Of a stretch of 64,000 nt of DNA, positions 54,682 through 63,902 are shown piece after piece. How positions within the stretch are numbered: position 1 is the stretch's first letter; each line of letters opens with the position of its first letter. The position numbers and the translations under genes were made by a program. The notes under the pieces were generated by a model. That model ran no database searches, was not told where the DNA came from, and saw only the letters and a program-made list of their open reading frames with translations. The stretch is from a virus: the IMG/VR virus record IMGVR_UViG_3300042691_028844, positions 22,581 through 86,580 of that record. The stretch is one strand, 5' to 3'.

Positions 54682-55581
54682 TTAGAACTCCCTCATTAAT
54701 TTTTCTATCTGATCCTTCCACTTCTCTTTTGTCCTAGCCCATAAACGTTGACAGTTTATCTGCAGCGTTTCTGTTTTGTGTAACTCTATAGTTTTATTTA
54801 CTTGTTCTCTGCATTCTTGCCAAGAGTCTCCGAGAATAAACGGTAGTTCTTGCTCGCCTTCGAAAATTGCGTGCCAGTAGCTCGGGTGAATCGGCACTCG
54901 TTCGGTCCGTTTTAGCGCGACCGGGATGCAACCGGCCTCAAGGGCTTCGTATATCCGAAAGCTATCCATGCTGTCTTGCCCCGGCGGACATAACGCAAAT
55001 ACACTGTCATTAAGAACGCTGGCGTATTCTTCTACCCCTAATCCGTCCGCTGCATTAAATCCCGAGCAGTAGTGGATTTTGCCTACTTGCAAGTCTTTAA
55101 AGCACTCAGTCATCACACCCCGCTCACCGTGGGGAGTACCAGCAAAACACCACCAGTACTTTCGCTCATATATTGATTTTTCTTTTAACCGTCCGTTAAT
55201 AAATCCTCTTTTATACCCGAGTCCTATCGTTGTTACCTTCGGGTGCCCAAATAGCCACGGGTTTACGTAATTCCGTATTGAGAACAAGCACGAGGGATCG
55301 TGCAGCCATTCACACGGTTCGATAAGATTTTCGTCCGATAATAATAAGACACCATACTTTTTATGGTTTTGTCTAAGATCTTCTAGAATGTATCTATAAT
55401 TTACTGCATGGTTACCTATAATCAAAGTGTTTTTATCAACTAAACTATCCTTTACTACGTCTCTGACTATGTGTATAGCTTCGATTTGTAGAATCTCTTG
55501 TAGCCAGTCAAGTTCAAATAAATCCGGGTCCTGTGTGACCCACTGAATATTTAAATTGTTCAATTTACTTATGTGAAGCAC
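54682..55581 (-). CDS. exostosin-family (GT47-like) glycosyltransferase
   Basis: WCFAG...R, Y...L..SVFALCPPG...SFRIYEALEAGCIPV. Confidence 0.88.
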   Translation of the reverse strand: MLHISKLNNLNIQWVTQDPDLFELDWLQEILQIEAIHIVRDVVKDSLVDKNTLIIGNHAVNYRYILEDLRQNHKKYGVLLLSDENLIEPCEWLHDPSCLFSIRNYVNPWLFGHPKVTTIGLGYKRGFINGRLKEKSIYERKYWWCFAGTPHGERGVMTECFKDLQVGKIHYCSGFNAADGLGVEEYASVLNDSVFALCPPGQDSMDSFRIYEALEAGCIPVALKRTERVPIHPSYWHAIFEGEQELPFILGDSWQECREQVNKTIELHKTETLQINCQRLWARTKEKWKDQIEKLMREF

Positions 55582-55601
55582 CTAGGCAGTATAGCCTTCT
55601 G

Positions 55602-55871
55602 TCAAGGCTTATCCTTCATAATCAGTTGATCCAGTTTGTCGTTGATGCTGCTGAGTCTGCGCCTAATATCGTCTAACTGCACCTCCAGATCTGCTTTTAA
55701 CACATACTTAATTGGCAACTCGTTTAATCTAGTTTCCACTGACTCTATCTTGTTTTTTACCGAATCGAATCGTGTGTCAATCACCCGCTGGCGCTGCTGG
55801 TGGTTCCAAGTCAAAAAAGCTGTCACAGCCGCTCCTAAAGCTACGACCGTTTCGGGTCCCACGTTCCACAA
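55602..55871 (-). CDS. TM plus coiled-coil protein (lysis accessory-like)
   Basis: N-terminal TM; YV.K.D....I..KLD. Confidence 0.65.
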   Translation of the reverse strand: MWNVGPETVVALGAAVTAFLTWNHQQRQRVIDTRFDSVKNKIESVETRLNELPIKYVLKADLEVQLDDIRRRLSSINDKLDQLIMKDKP

Positions 55872-55970
55872 ACTAACTTTTTAAATTCTACTTTCTTCCG
55901 GTTCGTTTCGATTTTTTTACAATTCTTGCTACGGTTTTTTGCCTACACTTGAAGCAGCCGAGCAACCCGC

Positions 55971-56282
55971 GTGGGCGAAGGGCAACTGGTTTTTAACCTT
56001 GAATGCCTCCAGAAAAATAAAGCGCGAAAACGATTCAGGCGAGACATTTTTGATTCCTGGGGCTGCTGTGCCTATTGCGGCGCTCATAGGCCCACCACCT
56101 TAGATCATGTTATTGCTAGAGCTAAAGGCGGATTGACTGTCAAGAACAATTTGGTCGCTGCTTGTGCAGCCTGTAATCTCAAAAAGGGTTCTTTGGACTT
56201 TATGGAGTGGTTCAGGGGTCAGGTGTTTTGGTCTAGTGAACGGGAGCTCAAGTTACTTGCTTGGGTTCATAACAATATTTAG
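55971..56282 (+). CDS. HNH endonuclease
   Basis: CAYCG..TLDHV...GG...NLV.AC..CN..K. Confidence 0.92.
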   Translation: MGEGQLVFNLECLQKNKARKRFRRDIFDSWGCCAYCGAHRPTTLDHVIARAKGGLTVKNNLVAACAACNLKKGSLDFMEWFRGQVFWSSERELKLLAWVHNNI

Positions 56283-56370
56283 CTGATCTTTCACTTATAT
56301 ATTTCAGTTTTTTAAGGCTCTCCGCTTTTCGTTTTTTCTCCCTACACTTAGTGCGCCTGAATTTTTTCTG

Positions 56371-56496
56371 ATGGCAAAACCCAAAGGCGTCTCAAACAAA
56401 ATCGAATCGAAGCCGAAGACCACTTCTATCGGCCATGGGGTGCTGTCCCGCCCGAAGCGCCGTGGACGCAAAAAGTACCGGGGACAAGGCAAATAG
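56371..56496 (+). CDS. 41 aa basic cyanophage-type protein (not in track)
   Basis: KPKTTSIG.G......RKKYRGQGK. Confidence 0.75.
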   Translation: MAKPKGVSNKIESKPKTTSIGHGVLSRPKRRGRKKYRGQGK

Positions 56497-56558
56497 TTAG
56501 TTAGCTAAACTTTCTCTCCGTTTATCGTTTAAAGTGTACTTACAGCTTCCTTGATAAC

Positions 56559-56996
56559 ATGGCTCAGTTCACGAAAGATTCTGAGTTAGATACAACGTTG
56601 GGTAGTGGTATCACCGCTTCCGATCGTCGAACCTGCTCAACACACTTTGATCAGCGTCGTGTTCTGAACGCCAGTGGCGTCGTTGTTAACTCCGCTACTT
56701 CTAAAACTTATACTGCTGACGGTTACTACAAAATTTCTGATTTTTATCCGCTTACTTTTAACGCAACTGGTATTCTTCAGGTGAACATCCGGGAGCAGAG
56801 AAACTGCGGCAACGTCGTCATCCTTAACGCTTCTGGTGTCGAGATTATTGAAGCGTCGCCGTCTAAACTCAGTTCCCGCCAAAACAGCATTACGACCAGG
56901 ACTATTAACGCTTCTGGTACGCACTATGCGTACGTTGAGCTTTACGGGCGTAGTAGCGCATCCTATAAGATTGGTATTGACTTGTACAGCAGCTGA
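56559..56996 (+). CDS. beta-sandwich virion-like protein
   Basis: D.Y...F.ATG, NASG x3, PPC-like pattern. Confidence 0.6.
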   Translation: MAQFTKDSELDTTLGSGITASDRRTCSTHFDQRRVLNASGVVVNSATSKTYTADGYYKISDFYPLTFNATGILQVNIREQRNCGNVVILNASGVEIIEASPSKLSSRQNSITTRTINASGTHYAYVELYGRSSASYKIGIDLYSS

Positions 56997-57001
56997 TTTG
57001 C

Positions 57002-58267
57002 ATGAAAACCGGGCAGAAAGGTGTTGACCTTATTAAACAATTCGAGGGTCTTCGCCTAGTCGGGTACTTGTGTCCCGCGAATGTCCCCACCGTGGGCTAC
57101 GGAACTACGGGCCCAAATATTCGCGTCGGTATGCGAATTACGGAGGGTGAGGCTGAGGAGTATCTGCGGAACTCCTTAACTTCTATTGAGCAGGGTATCG
57201 GTAAAACTGTTACTGTTTCTCTAAATCAGAATGAGTTTGATGCTTTAGTCAGCTTTGCTTATAACGTTGGCTCTAGCGCATTATACAATTCGACTCTAAT
57301 CAGACTGTTAAATTCCGAGACAGACAAGAAAACTGTTGCCGCTGAATTTTTTCGCTGGGATAAAGTAAACGGAAAACCTATTCTTGGGTTAACCCGACGC
57401 CGCAAAGCTGAACACGATTTATTCTTAACTCTCCCCAATCCTATTGAAATGACTTCTTCGATTTTTGCTGTTGAGGACACCTGGCTAAAGCGGGAGCCGC
57501 TACAGGCGTCTGAGCTCCCTGCTGAAAAGAAACTGTTTGTCCCCCAAGGTAGCGCTCACCAATGGGACTCAATCGAGCAGATCGCTGGTGAACCCCACTA
57601 CAAAGTGCATTTAACCCGCCACCCGGAACAGCCGTGGTGGTTCTGGCCCAGCCATTTCAAGATTGTTAACGAGAGTCACCCCCTCGCACCTACTCCTCCG
57701 GCTACACCTAGCGCAGCAGTTATCGGTGTTACGCCCCCTCCGGTGCTGGATGTTCCGTACTATTCACAGTTAGACAATAGTCGGGACCCGTACAGAACAT
57801 GCTTCAGTAGCTCCTGCGCCATGCTGCTAAAGTATTTGAAACCAAAAGCCATCAAGAGCGACGACGAATACATCAACACTGTCTTTAGCTACGGGGATAC
57901 TACCGACGCTTCTGTTCAAATAAAAGCACTCAAGCACTACGGCGTAACCGCTCAGTTCAAACAAACCGGCTCGTGGGCAGAGCTGACGCGTTTAATTCGC
58001 GTCGGTATTCCTATTCCTATCGGATTTCTTCATAAAGGGCGTGTTGATGCTCCTACCGGCGGAGGACACTGGCTCACGGTTATCGGAGTTTGGAAGAATT
58101 ATCAGGGTGTAATTGTCAACGATCCTTTTGGGGAATTGGATCTTGTTAGCGGCACGTACCTCAATACCAACGGTAAAGCCCTGCGGTATAGTCAAAAGAA
58201 CCTTGGTCCCCGCTGGTTGCCTGAAGGGCCCAAGTCTGGCTGGTACATTGAGGCTATCTCTTGGTGA
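57002..58267 (+). CDS. endolysin: GH24 lysozyme plus C39-like peptidase
   Basis: FEG...CPANVPTVGYG.T, GLTRRRKAE; VPYYSQLD...CFSSSCAM...GGHW...NDPFG. Confidence 0.92.
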   Translation: MKTGQKGVDLIKQFEGLRLVGYLCPANVPTVGYGTTGPNIRVGMRITEGEAEEYLRNSLTSIEQGIGKTVTVSLNQNEFDALVSFAYNVGSSALYNSTLIRLLNSETDKKTVAAEFFRWDKVNGKPILGLTRRRKAEHDLFLTLPNPIEMTSSIFAVEDTWLKREPLQASELPAEKKLFVPQGSAHQWDSIEQIAGEPHYKVHLTRHPEQPWWFWPSHFKIVNESHPLAPTPPATPSAAVIGVTPPPVLDVPYYSQLDNSRDPYRTCFSSSCAMLLKYLKPKAIKSDDEYINTVFSYGDTTDASVQIKALKHYGVTAQFKQTGSWAELTRLIRVGIPIPIGFLHKGRVDAPTGGGHWLTVIGVWKNYQGVIVNDPFGELDLVSGTYLNTNGKALRYSQKNLGPRWLPEGPKSGWYIEAISW

Positions 58268-58269
58268 TT

Positions 58270-58509
58270 ATGAAACTGACGAACACCTACGACATCGAGA
58301 ATGTTCTTCTGACTTGGGATGTTGTCGCAGAGGAAAGAAAAGCTAACTTCATGGAGTTCTTGTACCGCAAATACCAGCCAGAAAATCACTGCTATACAGG
58401 TCTTGCAGATAGATTTAAAGAGGAGCTCTTTCTCACATTCCGTGATAAGGGCCCCCATGCAGTTCTTGAGCTGCGGAATATCGAGCACTTAGCAGCCCCT
58501 CGTGGCTAA
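58270..58509 (+). CDS. hypothetical protein
   Basis: FMEFLY...YTGL pattern. Confidence 0.65.
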   Translation: MKLTNTYDIENVLLTWDVVAEERKANFMEFLYRKYQPENHCYTGLADRFKEELFLTFRDKGPHAVLELRNIEHLAAPRG

Positions 58510-58513
58510 TTAG

Positions 58514-58741
58514 ATGACTTCCGACCGTAACTATCGTGAAGAGTACGATTCGTATCACGGTACGGAGTCTCAGAAGAGACGCCGAGCAGCTCGAAATAAG
58601 GCTCGTCGCCGTCTAGAGCGAGCCGGCAGAGTCTCAAAAGGAGACGGACGGGATGTAGACCATAAAGACGGCAATCCTCTTAACAACAGTTCAGCTAATA
58701 TACGTGTAATCAGTCAAAGTAAAAATCGAGGGGACCACTGA
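58514..58741 (+). CDS. small HNH-like protein
   Basis: RNY..EY...R.ARNKARR...GDG.DVDH...N...N.R...NR. Confidence 0.8.
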   Translation: MTSDRNYREEYDSYHGTESQKRRRAARNKARRRLERAGRVSKGDGRDVDHKDGNPLNNSSANIRVISQSKNRGDH

Positions 58742-59244
58742 TGGCTGTTTTACCTCAACCCGGTGCGGCTCCGGTCCCCGAACTCAACCCGGAAATGCGC
58801 TTTCCGGCTGGCTTGACGGGCTATAACACCCCGCTTCTGGCTTCAATTCGCCGGAGTATGGTCTTCGACCACAACGGTTCTACGCGGGTTGCGGCGCAGC
58901 TTGAAAAGGATCTCGGGTCCTACAGCCGTGCTCCGGTCCCGCCTGTCGAGTACGGCGAAGGGAACATCAAAAAATCGACCTACGTCAGCGGCGTGGCCGG
59001 GTACAACCAGCAAGCTATTGCTCTGCCGGATAGTCCCGATGATATGACTCAGGAAGAGTACATGCTGTCGTTCGCTCAGAACAAGCCTGAAAGCCGTGAG
59101 CGTATGCGGTTAGCTATGTCTCTGCCTGTGCAAAACTTTTTACGTCGGCCCCCTGTGAGTTCAGAGTATCCACTGAACACACACAATATGGCCAATAACC
59201 TTCTGGCTGCATCTAAACTTAAAGTACAGGAGGCAAAAAATTGA
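58741..59244 (+). CDS. hypothetical protein
   Basis: Coupled ORF. Confidence 0.7.
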   Translation: MAVLPQPGAAPVPELNPEMRFPAGLTGYNTPLLASIRRSMVFDHNGSTRVAAQLEKDLGSYSRAPVPPVEYGEGNIKKSTYVSGVAGYNQQAIALPDSPDDMTQEEYMLSFAQNKPESRERMRLAMSLPVQNFLRRPPVSSEYPLNTHNMANNLLAASKLKVQEAKN

Positions 59245-59366
59245 ACGACTTTCCTATCCGTTTAGCGGGTCAGAGGCTATCCTTTAACCCCAGAGAGCTC
59301 CGGGGTCTTACAGCTTCGGATATCACCAAGCGTTTACGGTACGAACAAACTTTCCCCAGAACTTGA
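59241..59366 (+). CDS. 41 aa hypothetical (RLAG motif; not in track)
   Basis: TTG start with AGGAGG SD, overlaps upstream stop. Confidence 0.55.
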   Translation: MNDFPIRLAGQRLSFNPRELRGLTASDITKRLRYEQTFPRT

Positions 59367-59367
59367 T

Positions 59368-59541
59368 ATGAGACTCGCCGGCACTGAGCTTGATTTTGAT
59401 CTTGCTGCCGATTCTGATGTGGAGGCGAGCAGATTTGCTGGCGCCATCGGCGTGGCCAATCCTGAGCTAGTCGACCGAATCAAAGCTACGATTGCCGGAG
59501 CTGTACCGGAGTTCGGCACTCTTGACGAATCCCCTGAGTGA
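59368..59541 (+). CDS. 57 aa hypothetical (RLAG/RFAG; not in track)
   Basis: MRLAGTELDFD... Confidence 0.6.
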   Translation: MRLAGTELDFDLAADSDVEASRFAGAIGVANPELVDRIKATIAGAVPEFGTLDESPE

Positions 59542-60250
59542 CTTAAATAAGGTCAGCCTTGATTGGATTACGGAGGAGCCTGAGCGTGTTTTAGCTCGTC
59601 ACGCTCGGGTTTCCACAGAAAATCCGGACCGACCTGAGTTTATAAAGCTGTTAAAGTACTGCATTCAGAAGGGACACGTTAGCGTTTTTGAGCAAGTTTG
59701 TGCCAGCTATGAAATCATAACGACTAGAGATATTTCCGCTCAGATTATCCGTCATAAGTCTTTTTCGTTCCAGGAGACTAGCCAGCGCTATTGCGACCCT
59801 AACAAGGTGCTTTCAGGTCTCGCCGGGGATCCAGCGTTCTTTGAGCTGCGGCGCCAAGACCTGAAAAACAGACAAAATAGTGTTGAGTACGACGATTTGT
59901 TTATCGAGGAACAGTACAGGGGTAAGATTCGTCTGGTTTGGTCTATGGCTCAGAATTTATACGAAGCCATGGTTGAGGACGGCGTGGCAAAAGAGTGCGC
60001 TCGGAGAGTTCTTCCTATCGGATCCCCTACGCGCTTACATATGCAAGGTACTCTGAGAAGCTGGTTATTTTTTGTTGGTGTTCGCTCTGCGCCTGGTACA
60101 CAAAAAGAACACAAGTATATAGCTAACTGTATCGGCCGGGATCTTCGCCTTCGGATGCCTGATGTCATTTCAGCCGTTATCGAGGCTGCTACCTCCGACG
60201 CTTCCCTTGGCTTGGCCGGTTGGGCTCATATTGATGAGCTTAATCCATGA
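59492..60250 (+). CDS. thyX: FAD-dependent thymidylate synthase
   Basis: GHVSVFE, RHKSFSFQETSQRY, AKECARRVLP, TQKEH; start uncertain. Confidence 0.95.
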   Translation: MPELYRSSALLTNPLSDLNKVSLDWITEEPERVLARHARVSTENPDRPEFIKLLKYCIQKGHVSVFEQVCASYEIITTRDISAQIIRHKSFSFQETSQRYCDPNKVLSGLAGDPAFFELRRQDLKNRQNSVEYDDLFIEEQYRGKIRLVWSMAQNLYEAMVEDGVAKECARRVLPIGSPTRLHMQGTLRSWLFFVGVRSAPGTQKEHKYIANCIGRDLRLRMPDVISAVIEAATSDASLGLAGWAHIDELNP

Positions 60251-60410
60251 TGCTCTTGATCGCTGTTCGTACGATCGCCTGCCTTAACTGTTTTTCTTTT
60301 TCTTCGACAAGATGATGGCTGCTGACGATGCAGCAGGCTGTGATACCTTCTTCAGAAAGGCACACTCTTATACAACCGTCGTCGAGAGTACTGAGAACTA
60401 ATTCGCTCAT
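60240..60410 (-). CDS. 56 aa cyanophage-type hypothetical (not in track)
   Basis: VSSHHLVEEKEKQL motif. Confidence 0.65.
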   Translation of the reverse strand: MSELVLSTLDDGCIRVCLSEEGITACCIVSSHHLVEEKEKQLRQAIVRTAIKSIMD

Positions 60411-60449
60411 ATTCAGTTTTGGTTTTACTTATGCTAGCAGCTGTTTCGA

Positions 60450-60689
60450 TTACTGCTCCTTCCGGAGTTCTTGCAGGAGATACTGTTTTAAAGCTTGATC
60501 GGCCGGCGTGGGGGACGACTTAAGGTCAATTTCCAGTATCCGCAGCTTTAATTGTTTAGCGTAGTACTCCTCTAGCTGTTGTTTTACTTCAGCTGATTTT
60601 GCATAACGAGTTTCTATTGTTATTGTCCCGCCTATAATTGCTGTAAGTAGAGCTATTACCGCTCCTACAGTTGTTACCCAGCGATCCAT
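60450..60689 (-). CDS. TM plus coiled-coil protein
   Basis: N-terminal hydrophobic helix. Confidence 0.6.
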   Translation of the reverse strand: MDRWVTTVGAVIALLTAIIGGTITIETRYAKSAEVKQQLEEYYAKQLKLRILEIDLKSSPTPADQALKQYLLQELRKEQ

Positions 60690-60823
60690 CGAACCGAAAT
60701 GGACATAGTAGCTCTGCTTATTGTACTGACGATATGTACAATACTCCTATTGCAACAGCTGTAAAAATACAGAAGATCAGGGCGGCAGTGTCGTCGTTCA
60801 TTTTCTGCTCTGGGCAACCCCTA

Positions 60824-61060
60824 TTATCCCCACAGAGCTAAAACTTCGCGAGCGAACGCCACTTCCTCTTCGCGATATCCCGAATCCGGAAAAAATCTTT
60901 CTGCGAGCATCAGCAACTGGCGCCGCGTGGGCCGATCTCCGGACTCGGATTCTAGCTCAATCGCAGCTTTTAGTTTTTTTATAGCGTTATCCCATTCCTC
61001 AAAAACCCCATTTTCTCTGATATCTATCAGTTCTTTACATAGTTGTTTGTAGTCTGTCAT
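60824..61060 (-). CDS. MTDY..LC.EL family hypothetical
   Basis: N-terminus like 63159; C-terminal FAREVLALWG. Confidence 0.7.
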   Translation of the reverse strand: MTDYKQLCKELIDIRENGVFEEWDNAIKKLKAAIELESESGDRPTRRQLLMLAERFFPDSGYREEEVAFAREVLALWG

Positions 61061-61102
61061 TGTCTTAGATTCGGATTTGCTAGATGATTTTAGTGCCGAT
61101 GT

Positions 61103-61297
61103 TTAGTTTGTCAGTTTAGTGGGGACTACAATCGCACTTCGCCTCTCTGCTCCGCAGCTTGGGCAGAAGTTAAAGCGATGCCGAGTGCCGGTCAGATGAG
61201 GAATCCGGTAGACACCTTCTGTGTCCCCAAACCAGTTGGCAGAATCTGCCCAGCTCTCCCGTGCTTCGCAGCACTCCGGTGTGGTGCGTTCAGCCAT
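61103..61297 (-). CDS. Zn-finger hypothetical
   Basis: CC...FNFCPSCG. Confidence 0.65.
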   Translation of the reverse strand: MAERTTPECCEARESWADSANWFGDTEGVYRIPHLTGTRHRFNFCPSCGAERRSAIVVPTKLTN

Positions 61298-61550
61298 TGC
61301 TCCCCTCCAGCTCGGCGGCGATGATAAGCAGGTCGTTGCGAATCATCATGCGCTGAATGCCGCGATCGGATTTGGTGCTGCATACAGGCACCACCTGATC
61401 CGCAGCGGCCCGCAGGGCAGCGGCAACGTTTTCACGCAAGTCATCCATCTGCAAGCCAGTGTCTTCTGCGTCCCCAAGGAAGGCATCTAGCACCGCTTGC
61501 GCGGCGGGGGAGAAGACCTTTTTCGTGGTGTCACGAAATTGGTTAGCCAT
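61290..61550 (-). CDS. array family A paralog
   Basis: SPAAQAVLDA...AAALRAAADQ...IAAELEG. Confidence 0.8.
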   Translation of the reverse strand: MANQFRDTTKKVFSPAAQAVLDAFLGDAEDTGLQMDDLRENVAAALRAAADQVVPVCSTKSDRGIQRMMIRNDLLIIAAELEGSNG

Positions 61551-61770
61551 TTGCGCCCTCCAGCTCGGCGGCGATGGCGAGGATTTGGCGGCGGATGGAA
61601 AACGCTGCTTCACTCGGCCAGATTTTGGATCCCCCAGGTGTTACCTCGGGCTCTGGCACCATCAGATCCGCAGCAGCCCGCAGGGCGGCGGCTACACGCT
61701 TTTCAAGCTCGGGCCCTTTGTAAATGGCTTGGTCCAGCACCGCCTGGGCGGCGGGGGAGAGGTCAGTCAT
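61543..61770 (-). CDS. array family A paralog
   Basis: MTDLSPAAQAVLD...IAAELEGANG. Confidence 0.8.
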   Translation of the reverse strand: MTDLSPAAQAVLDQAIYKGPELEKRVAAALRAAADLMVPEPEVTPGGSKIWPSEAAFSIRRQILAIAAELEGANG

Positions 61771-62041
61771 TGGCGCCCTCCAGCTCGGCAAGCGCCAACT
61801 CCTTCAAGCTCGGAGGCTTGGGGCGGCGTGCGTTGCGGAGTTCAGTCAAGCGATGCCATGGGTTGGCAAACCACTTGCCTTCGCCGCCGATGTAGTTGAT
61901 ACACGCCTCCAGCTCTTGGTCGCCACCCCAGCGGGCGGCTTGGGTGGCGATGTAAAGCTGCTCCGGCATTTCTGCAGCGACAGCCTCGCTATCCCACTGC
62001 TCCACCAGCTCAGGCGGTGGGGTGATCGGGTGGTCAGCCAT
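61763..62041 (-). CDS. array family B paralog with family A C-terminus
   Basis: HPITPPPELV..W...KPPSLKE.AL + AELEGAND. Confidence 0.8.
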   Translation of the reverse strand: MADHPITPPPELVEQWDSEAVAAEMPEQLYIATQAARWGGDQELEACINYIGGEGKWFANPWHRLTELRNARRPKPPSLKELALAELEGAND

Positions 62042-62207
62042 TGGCCCCCTCCAACTCGTCAGCCAGGCTTAGCACGATTGCTGAGTCGCGCTTGCAGTAC
62101 AGCGCAGCAGCACGCAGGGCGGCGGCAACGCGAATGCGAGTCGCCCAGTCTTCCGGGTAATCAGTCGCATCCAGCACCGCCTGCGCGGCGGGGGAGAGGT
62201 CAGTCAT
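62034..62207 (-). CDS. array family A paralog
   Basis: MTDLSPAAQAVLDA...DELEGANG. Confidence 0.8.
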   Translation of the reverse strand: MTDLSPAAQAVLDATDYPEDWATRIRVAAALRAAALYCKRDSAIVLSLADELEGANG

Positions 62208-62541
62208 CGGTGTCATCAGGAATTGGTTGATACTGCGGGAGCCAGTGGCCTTGCTTGTCAGTGAAGCCAGCCTCATGCAGGAACTGCTTGGCGGCGGTGG
62301 CATCGCCTTTCATGGCGCGTTCCAGCAGGGTTGGAGCCTCTAGCGCGTCGGCCAGGTCCTCAAGGGTGCGGGTTGGAACGGCGTAAAACGATTCCATGTC
62401 GCCGTATTGAGCATCGGTGTCCGCGATATGCCGAAGCACGCCAGCGATGCCGTGGCGGATGTTGTACTTCCCGCCCTCCCAATCAGTGGCAGCTTCTTCA
62501 AACTCATCGACGAGGCGCTGGGCGCGGGTGTTGCTAGTCAT
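62200..62541 (-). CDS. array hypothetical, distantly A-like
   Basis: RAQRLVD...IAGVLRHIAD...LADALE. Confidence 0.75.
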   Translation of the reverse strand: MTSNTRAQRLVDEFEEAATDWEGGKYNIRHGIAGVLRHIADTDAQYGDMESFYAVPTRTLEDLADALEAPTLLERAMKGDATAAKQFLHEAGFTDKQGHWLPQYQPIPDDTDD

Positions 62542-62581
62542 CGAGCTGCTCCAGGGCGGCGGCGGGGGAGAGGTCAATCAC
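62534..62581 (-). other. collapsed 15-codon cassette MIDLSPAAALEQLDD
   Basis: Family A start fused in frame to family B end. Confidence 0.7.
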
Positions 62582-62793
62582 TTGTCCAACTCCTTCACAA
62601 GTTTCTTCAGTGCTTTGAACTCACCCCAGGTCAGCTTGAAGCTCTGATCGCAGTAACTGCTCAGGTGGACATCAAAGCCTTCGCAGTTGTGCCATAGCGA
62701 CACTTCAATGAAAGCGTCAGGTTTGGCGCAGTGGTCAAAACTCTCTAGCGGCGCAAACGCGGCGTCCAGCTTGTAGGTGGTGATGTCAGTCAT
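62578..62793 (-). CDS. hypothetical protein
   Basis: FIEV..W.N.EGFDV...LTWGEF.AL. Confidence 0.75.
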   Translation of the reverse strand: MTDITTYKLDAAFAPLESFDHCAKPDAFIEVSLWHNCEGFDVHLSSYCDQSFKLTWGEFKALKKLVKELDK

Positions 62794-63166
62794 CTAAAGC
62801 CTCCAGTGCGCGGCGGATAATGGAAACATCAACACCTACCGTTCGACCTTCGTTATCGTGAGTCGGGATGCGATCCAACTCGTCAAGCGCCTGCTCCTTC
62901 AAGCTCGGCGGCTTGGGACGGCGGGCGGTGCGGAGATCCTTAGAGAACTTCCAGCCGGCGGAGTAGTGGATGTCGCCCCATTTGTCCATCTCTGAGCAAC
63001 ACGCCTCCAGCTCCTGGTCGGCACCCCAGCGGGCGGCTTGGGCAATGGCGTGCTCGGAAGCGCTGCAGTAATCCTGATGGTGGCCCTCGGTGCGCCACTG
63101 CTGCACCAGCTCAGGCGGTGGGGTGATCGGATGCTGCGCGGCGGCAGCGGGGGAGTGGTCAGTCAT
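62786..63166 (-). CDS. array family B paralog with family A start
   Basis: MTDHSPAAAAQ + HPITPPPELV...RRALEALDD. Confidence 0.8.
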   Translation of the reverse strand: MTDHSPAAAAQHPITPPPELVQQWRTEGHHQDYCSASEHAIAQAARWGADQELEACCSEMDKWGDIHYSAGWKFSKDLRTARRPKPPSLKEQALDELDRIPTHDNEGRTVGVDVSIIRRALEALDD

Positions 63167-63485
63167 TGGTCACTTCTTCGATGGTTGATACGCAATGCCG
63201 CTGAATGATCAGCTTGTGGGGCCCATCTTGCGAGTAGGTTTGCAGGTAGTGATTACCTTCTCTTTGAACATCTTCCAAGCTGTTGGCGGAACCACCGGCT
63301 TGCCAATCACCCTCGGCATCGTGCAGTTCCCAGGCGTAGTGAATGTCATCCTCTTCTGGCTCGGGCTGGGCCAACAGTGTGCGGGCGCGGTCTGCTAGCG
63401 GGGACATGCGAATCCTTCCGGCTGGAATACCAGAATCCAGCGCATCAACAAGCTCAGCGCACATGGCGCGGTAGTCGAGGGTCAT
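63159..63485 (-). CDS. DYR..CAEL family hypothetical
   Basis: DYRAMCAEL...RAR.LLAQPEP. Confidence 0.75.
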   Translation of the reverse strand: MTLDYRAMCAELVDALDSGIPAGRIRMSPLADRARTLLAQPEPEEDDIHYAWELHDAEGDWQAGGSANSLEDVQREGNHYLQTYSQDGPHKLIIQRHCVSTIEEVTND

Positions 63486-63685
63486 GGCTGAGCCTCCAGC
63501 TCGGTGGCGATGAGTTGGATCTGCGAACAGTCCACACCGCGGACGCCCAGGATTTCATGGCCGAGTTGGCTGTCTAGAGCCCGCAGGGCGGCGGCGATAT
63601 TCGCAGGGGTGAAGTCTTCACGGAAATCAAGGTCTCTCCAAAAGGCATCTAGCACGGCAGCGGCAGCGGGGGAGAGGTCAGTCAT
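63482..63685 (-). CDS. array family A paralog
   Basis: MTDLSPAAAAVLDA...IATELEAQP. Confidence 0.8.
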   Translation of the reverse strand: MTDLSPAAAAVLDAFWRDLDFREDFTPANIAAALRALDSQLGHEILGVRGVDCSQIQLIATELEAQP

Positions 63686-63902
63686 TGGTGCCCTCCAGCT
63701 CGGCGGCAATGTCGAGAAGTTCGTCCTTGGATATGACGTAATAAGCACTCCCGTCAAGGCAGTAGCCAAGCTGATCCGCAGTAGCCCGCAGGGCGGCGGC
63801 AGCAATCCAGCGTGACTCACTTAGGCAGTCATCTGGACCGTAGGAGCTGCGACCGTTGGCGGCATCCAGCACCGCCTGGGCGGCAGGGGAGAGGTCAGTC
63901 AT
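63678..63902 (-). CDS. array family A paralog
   Basis: MTDLSPAAQAVLDA...IAAELEGTND. Confidence 0.8.
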   Translation of the reverse strand: MTDLSPAAQAVLDAANGRSSYGPDDCLSESRWIAAAALRATADQLGYCLDGSAYYVISKDELLDIAAELEGTND

